DNA of 18,046 nucleotides from a virus (Duplodnaviria; Heunggongvirae; Uroviricota; Caudoviricetes): IMG/VR virus record IMGVR_UViG_2802429220_000008, positions 1 to 18,046 of that record; one strand, 5' to 3'. Shown piece by piece: positions 14,398 to 18,046 of this stretch (position 1 is its first letter; each line of letters starts with the position of its first letter). The notes under the pieces were generated by a model. It saw only the letters and a program-made list of their open reading frames with translations, ran no database searches and was not told where the DNA came from. The position numbers and the translations under genes were made by a program.

Positions 14398-16248
14398 ATG
14401 ACATTTAAACATTATGATGTTGTCAGGGCGGCGTCGCCGTCAGACCTTGCGGAAAAGCTGACACACAAACTGAAAGAGGGCTGGCAGCCGTTTGGTAGTC
14501 CGGTGGCCATAACCCCTTATACCCTGATGCAGGCGATTACAGCAGAAGGTGATGTGGTGGTCAGTGGTGCAACTGAGCCGGAGTGGTACTACGTCATCGT
14601 ACTGGCCGGGCAGTCCAATGCCATGGCTTACGGTGAAGGGCTTCCGCTGCCGGATTCATACGATGCTCCGGATCCGCGCATTAAACAGCTGGCGCGCCGC
14701 AGTACAGTGACGCCGGGTGGGGCTGCCTGCAGATATAACGATATTATTCCGGCCGACCACTGCCTGCATGATGTGCAGGATATGAGTACGCTGAATCATC
14801 CGAAGGCAGACCTGAGCAAAGGGCAGTACGGCTGTGTCGGCCAGGGGTTACATATTGCCAAAAAACTGCTCCCGTATATCCCGAATAACGCGGGGATCCT
14901 GCTGGTACCATGCTGTCGTGGTGGTTCGGCATTTACCCAGGGCGCGGAGGGGACATTCAGTGCGGACACGGGGGCCAGCCAGGATTCGGCGCGCTGGGGT
15001 GTGGGTAAACCGTTATATCAGGACCTGATTGCGCGCACCAAAGCTGCATTACAGAAGAACCCGAAAAATGTGTTGCTGGCGGTGTGCTGGATGCAGGGAG
15101 AGTTTGACATGAGCGCCGCCACCCACGCACAGCAACCTGCGCTGTTTACAGCCATGCTGACACAGTTTCGTGCTGACCTCTCCGTGTTTAACGCGCAGTG
15201 CCATGGTGGCAGTGCTGCAGATGTGCCGTGGATTTGTGGTGACACGACGTATTACTGGAAAAATACATACGCTACCCAGTACGACACCGTGTACGGCGGG
15301 TATAAAAACAGGGAGAGTGAGGGCGTTTATTTTGTGCCCTTCATGACAGACGGTAACGGCGTCAATACCGCCACTAACGCGCCGGCAGAAGATCCGGATA
15401 TTCCGGCATCAGGATATTACGGTGCGGCATCGAGAACGAATGGAAACCAGGTATCATCAAACCGCCCGACACATTTCAGTTCATGGGCGCGCAGGAGCAT
15501 TATTCCGGATCGTCTGGCAACCGCTATTCTGAACGCAGCCGGGCGCACCTCAGCCTTCATCAGTGGTAAGGCACCGGAAATCAAACCCTCGCCCGGCGGC
15601 AACACGCCATCGGGTCCGTCTGCAGATACGTCCGTTCGCACAATCTCCCTGCTGCCGGCAGCCGGAGAGGCTGCTGCGCAGGGCTGGAGCATTAAGGATG
15701 GCGGAATTCAGTTGTCAGATGGTGTATTTAAGATCACCAAGCAGAGCAATAAAACCTGGTCCCTGACGCATCCGGTGGATGACGCAATTACCCTGCTGAC
15801 ACAGGGCGGCAGACTGACCTGTAAGTTCCGCCTGTCAGGCGCACTGACCAACAATCAGTTCGGGCTGGGGATTTATCTGTATACGGATGCTCCCGTTCCT
15901 GATGGTGTGGCGATGACGGGTACCGGTAATCCGTTCCTGATGTCGTACTTCACTCAGACCACTGACGGCAGAGTGAATCTGATGCATCACAGGAAAGCCG
16001 GAAACACGAAGCTGGGGGAGTTCGGCGATTACGGTAACGACTGGCAGACGCTGGAGCTGGTGTTCACCGCCGGCAGTGCCACGGTTACTCCGAAACTGAA
16101 TGGAGTGGCTGGCCCGGCATTCCAGGTTATAAAAGACAGTCTGAAAGTGGGGCTGAATGCGCTGACGTTAACTGACATCACAAAAGGTGCCACGTACGGC
16201 GTTGAGATAGAAAGTCTGGTGCTGGAGATAAATACACTGGCAGCATAA
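14398..16248 (+). CDS. nanS: NanS-p-type sialate O-acetylesterase (DUF1737 N-terminus plus SGNH/SASA esterase domain)
   Basis: 616 aa; N-terminal MTFKHYDVVRAASPSDLAEKLTHKLKEGWQPFGSP; esterase motif VIVLAGQSNAMAYG; occupies the position NanS-p genes hold in Stx phages. Confidence 0.8.
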   Translation: MTFKHYDVVRAASPSDLAEKLTHKLKEGWQPFGSPVAITPYTLMQAITAEGDVVVSGATEPEWYYVIVLAGQSNAMAYGEGLPLPDSYDAPDPRIKQLARRSTVTPGGAACRYNDIIPADHCLHDVQDMSTLNHPKADLSKGQYGCVGQGLHIAKKLLPYIPNNAGILLVPCCRGGSAFTQGAEGTFSADTGASQDSARWGVGKPLYQDLIARTKAALQKNPKNVLLAVCWMQGEFDMSAATHAQQPALFTAMLTQFRADLSVFNAQCHGGSAADVPWICGDTTYYWKNTYATQYDTVYGGYKNRESEGVYFVPFMTDGNGVNTATNAPAEDPDIPASGYYGAASRTNGNQVSSNRPTHFSSWARRSIIPDRLATAILNAAGRTSAFISGKAPEIKPSPGGNTPSGPSADTSVRTISLLPAAGEAAAQGWSIKDGGIQLSDGVFKITKQSNKTWSLTHPVDDAITLLTQGGRLTCKFRLSGALTNNQFGLGIYLYTDAPVPDGVAMTGTGNPFLMSYFTQTTDGRVNLMHHRKAGNTKLGEFGDYGNDWQTLELVFTAGSATVTPKLNGVAGPAFQVIKDSLKVGLNALTLTDITKGATYGVEIESLVLEINTLAA

Positions 16249-16466
16249 TAAAAAAACAGCCAGTACTGACTTTCGTCGGAGAAGTACTGGCTAAGAAGGA
16301 TAGTTGTGTTTCACATCATTTTCAGACTGGACGGTACATTTTCTGACAGATAGTGACGGATGTTGTCAAGATATTGTGTCATTTATAACCTGAATCAGGG
16401 GAGGCCGGAATGTTATCTGGCATTTTTAGCAGAGCCTGAATGCCATAATCACGGCTCCCGGCGTTG

Positions 16467-16500
16467 GCCGCCAGTGGGTGACACTGGCGGCTTTTTTGTT
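16467..16500 (+). terminator. Strong intrinsic terminator 50 bp upstream of the holin gene
   Basis: Perfect 10-bp stem gccgccagtg/cactggcggc, loop ggtga, then ttttttgttttt. Confidence 0.75.
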
Positions 16501-16547
16501 TTTCTTTACTTTCATTTTCTGTCGGCGGTGACGGAGACATACATCAG

Positions 16548-16754
16548 ATGGAAAAAATCACAACAGGTGTGTCATACACCACGTCAGCGGTGGGGACGGG
16601 ATACTGGTTACTGCAGCTGCTGGACAAAGTCTCTCCGTCCCAGTGGGTGGCGATAGGTGTGCTGGGGAGTCTGCTGTTTGGCCTGTTGACGTATCTTACT
16701 AACCTGTATTTCAAAATCAGAGAGGACCGTCGTAAGGCGGCGCGGGGAGAGTAA
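16548..16754 (+). CDS. Pinholin, phage 21 S-type (class II holin)
   Basis: 68 aa [33 protein letters not shown]...[14 protein letters not shown], near-colinear with remembered S21. Confidence 0.9.
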   Translation: MEKITTGVSYTTSAVGTGYWLLQLLDKVSPSQWVAIGVLGSLLFGLLTYLTNLYFKIREDRRKAARGE

Positions 16755-16758
16755 AGCG

Positions 16759-17103
16759 ATGAAGAAAAAATACGAACTGGTTGTTAAAGGGATAAATAAT
16801 TACCCGGATAAGATTACTGTTAGTGTGGCACTGGAAATTGGTGGGTATCCGTCACTGTTGTTGCCAGATGTGGCGATTAGTCTTGACCGTACTGAAGGAG
16901 CCACGCTGGAGTTTTACGAAGCTGAGGCGAAAAAGCAGGCGAAGCAGTTTTTCATGGATGTTGCTGCCGGGTTATGTGAAGGGGATGGTCCGTTGCCGGA
17001 AAAGCGGCCCATCATTTTAGAGGCGCAGGATGTGTTGATAACCTACAGAGGAAAACTACCGGGAATAATTACTGGTTCTCTGAAGACTCCACCGCTGGCC
17101 TGA
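16759..17103 (+). CDS. Hypothetical protein encoded between pinholin and endolysin
   Basis: 114 aa; GGGGAGAG RBS upstream of ATG, 4 bp after the holin stop; no family recognised. Confidence 0.6.
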   Translation: MKKKYELVVKGINNYPDKITVSVALEIGGYPSLLLPDVAISLDRTEGATLEFYEAEAKKQAKQFFMDVAAGLCEGDGPLPEKRPIILEAQDVLITYRGKLPGIITGSLKTPPLA

Positions 17104-17153
17104 AGACTTAACATATCCAGGGATTTGAAATCGATAAATCCTGATAAATATCC

Positions 17154-17687
17154 ATGAACGCAAAAATCAGATACGGCCTGTCGGCTGCCGTTCTGGCGCT
17201 GATTGGTGCAGGGGCGTCTGCGCCTGAAATCCTCGACCAGTTTCTGGATGAAAAGGAAGGTAACCACACCACGGCATACCGTGATGGTGCGGGTATCTGG
17301 ACCATCTGCCGAGGTGCCATCCTGGTGGATGGTAAACCTGTCGTTCCGGGCATGAAGTTGTCGAAGGAAAAATGCGACCGGGTTAACGCCATTGAGCGTG
17401 ATAAGGCGCTGGCATGGGTGGAGAAAAACATCAAAGTGCCGCTGACCGAACCCCAGAAAGCGGGGATCGCGTCATTCTGTCCGTACAACATTGGTCCCGG
17501 TAAGTGTTTCCCGTCGACGTTTTACAGACGAATTAATGCAGGTGATCGAAAAGGTGCCTGCGAAGCGATTCGCTGGTGGATTAAGGACGGTGGCAGAGAC
17601 TGCCGTATTCGTTCAAACAACTGTTACGGTCAGGTATCCCGTCGTGACCAGGAGAGCGCGCTGGCGTGCTGGGGAATCGACAGATAA
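17154..17687 (+). CDS. SAR endolysin (T4-lysozyme-like muramidase with signal-anchor-release N-terminus)
   Basis: 177 aa; N-terminal RYGLSAAVLALIGAGASAPE SAR segment; lysozyme core EGNHTTAYRDGAGIWTICRG. Confidence 0.9.
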   Translation: MNAKIRYGLSAAVLALIGAGASAPEILDQFLDEKEGNHTTAYRDGAGIWTICRGAILVDGKPVVPGMKLSKEKCDRVNAIERDKALAWVEKNIKVPLTEPQKAGIASFCPYNIGPGKCFPSTFYRRINAGDRKGACEAIRWWIKDGGRDCRIRSNNCYGQVSRRDQESALACWGIDR

Positions 17688-18046
17688 GAAGAATATTTTG
17701 CTGAAAAATGAGGTTTGCTTACATGGACGGATAACACGAAATCCTGCAAATTTGCAAAATGTAAGTGAATAAAGTCAAAACAGTTGTTTAACACTCAGGC
17801 ACCGTAATGATGCCTTTGTCATTTCTGCGCATCTCACGCGCATCTCACAACACAGAACCTTTCAGGATGACCCTTGAGGATACCGGTTTGGCTGTCGGTG
17901 CCTTTCTGTGGACTGGATTCCTGTGAGACAAGGTTCATCACTAAAAGGAAATAACCGATGAATATGATGGCCGTGCCGTTTCACGGTAACCGGCTCATTT
18001 AAACCGTCTGGTCTGTTTCCTCCGGCTCTACAAAAATAATGTCCAT

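Larger units (their letters stand above)
1..18046. mobile_element. Lambdoid prophage segment (Qin/CP-933P-like), leftward early operon through lysis cassette
   Basis: Gene order repressor/cro-like, O-like with iterons, DnaC-like, RusA, Q-like, tRNAs, NanS-p, holin, SAR endolysin; compact, mostly co-directional genes with overlapping stop/start codons. Confidence 0.85.

Noticed and set aside
16360-16656. 98-aa ORF spanning the holin upstream region
   Set aside because: Reads through the strong terminator at 16467-16500 and overlaps the holin gene out of frame.
17491-17772. 93-aa ORF overlapping the endolysin 3' end
   Set aside because: Alternative frame of the endolysin gene; Arg-rich; not similar to Rz or Rz1.
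1-18046. CRISPR arrays, insertion sequences, integrase or att sites, stx genes
   Set aside because: Looked for regularly spaced identical repeats with unique spacers, transposase-length ORFs with terminal inverted repeats, and Stx A/B-like ORFs; none seen. The only periodic repeats are the iterons inside the replication gene.

Overview
This window reads as one contiguous segment of a lambdoid prophage from an enterobacterium (E. coli-like), running from the leftward early operon through immunity, replication, the nin-like region and Q to the lysis cassette. The layout resembles Qin / CP-933P-type prophages. Left to right: a leftward operon with a DicB-like division inhibitor and a likely DicF-like sRNA; a repressor cotranscribed with a PaaA-like antitoxin and ParE-family toxin, bracketed by two matching palindromic operators; divergent Cro-like (YdaS-type) and YdaT-type genes; an O-like replication initiator carrying five internal iterons; a DnaC-like helicase loader; a hok/mok-type type I toxin locus; DUF968, RusA and a Q-like antiterminator; a DNA methyltransferase; two tRNAs with a tRNA-like remnant between them; a cargo region in the position where Stx phages carry stx (two small unknown ORFs bracketed by duplicated terminator-like repeats, a TerB-like gene with a coupled small membrane ORF, and a NanS-p-type esterase); then pinholin, an unknown ORF, and a SAR endolysin with no spanin following. 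No stx genes, CRISPR array, integrase or IS element is visible. All family assignments come from reading the translations and from memory of these families; no database search was run. The most likely places for something undescribed are the two-gene cassette at 12654-13140, the TerB-like/membrane pair, and the ORF inside the lysis cassette.
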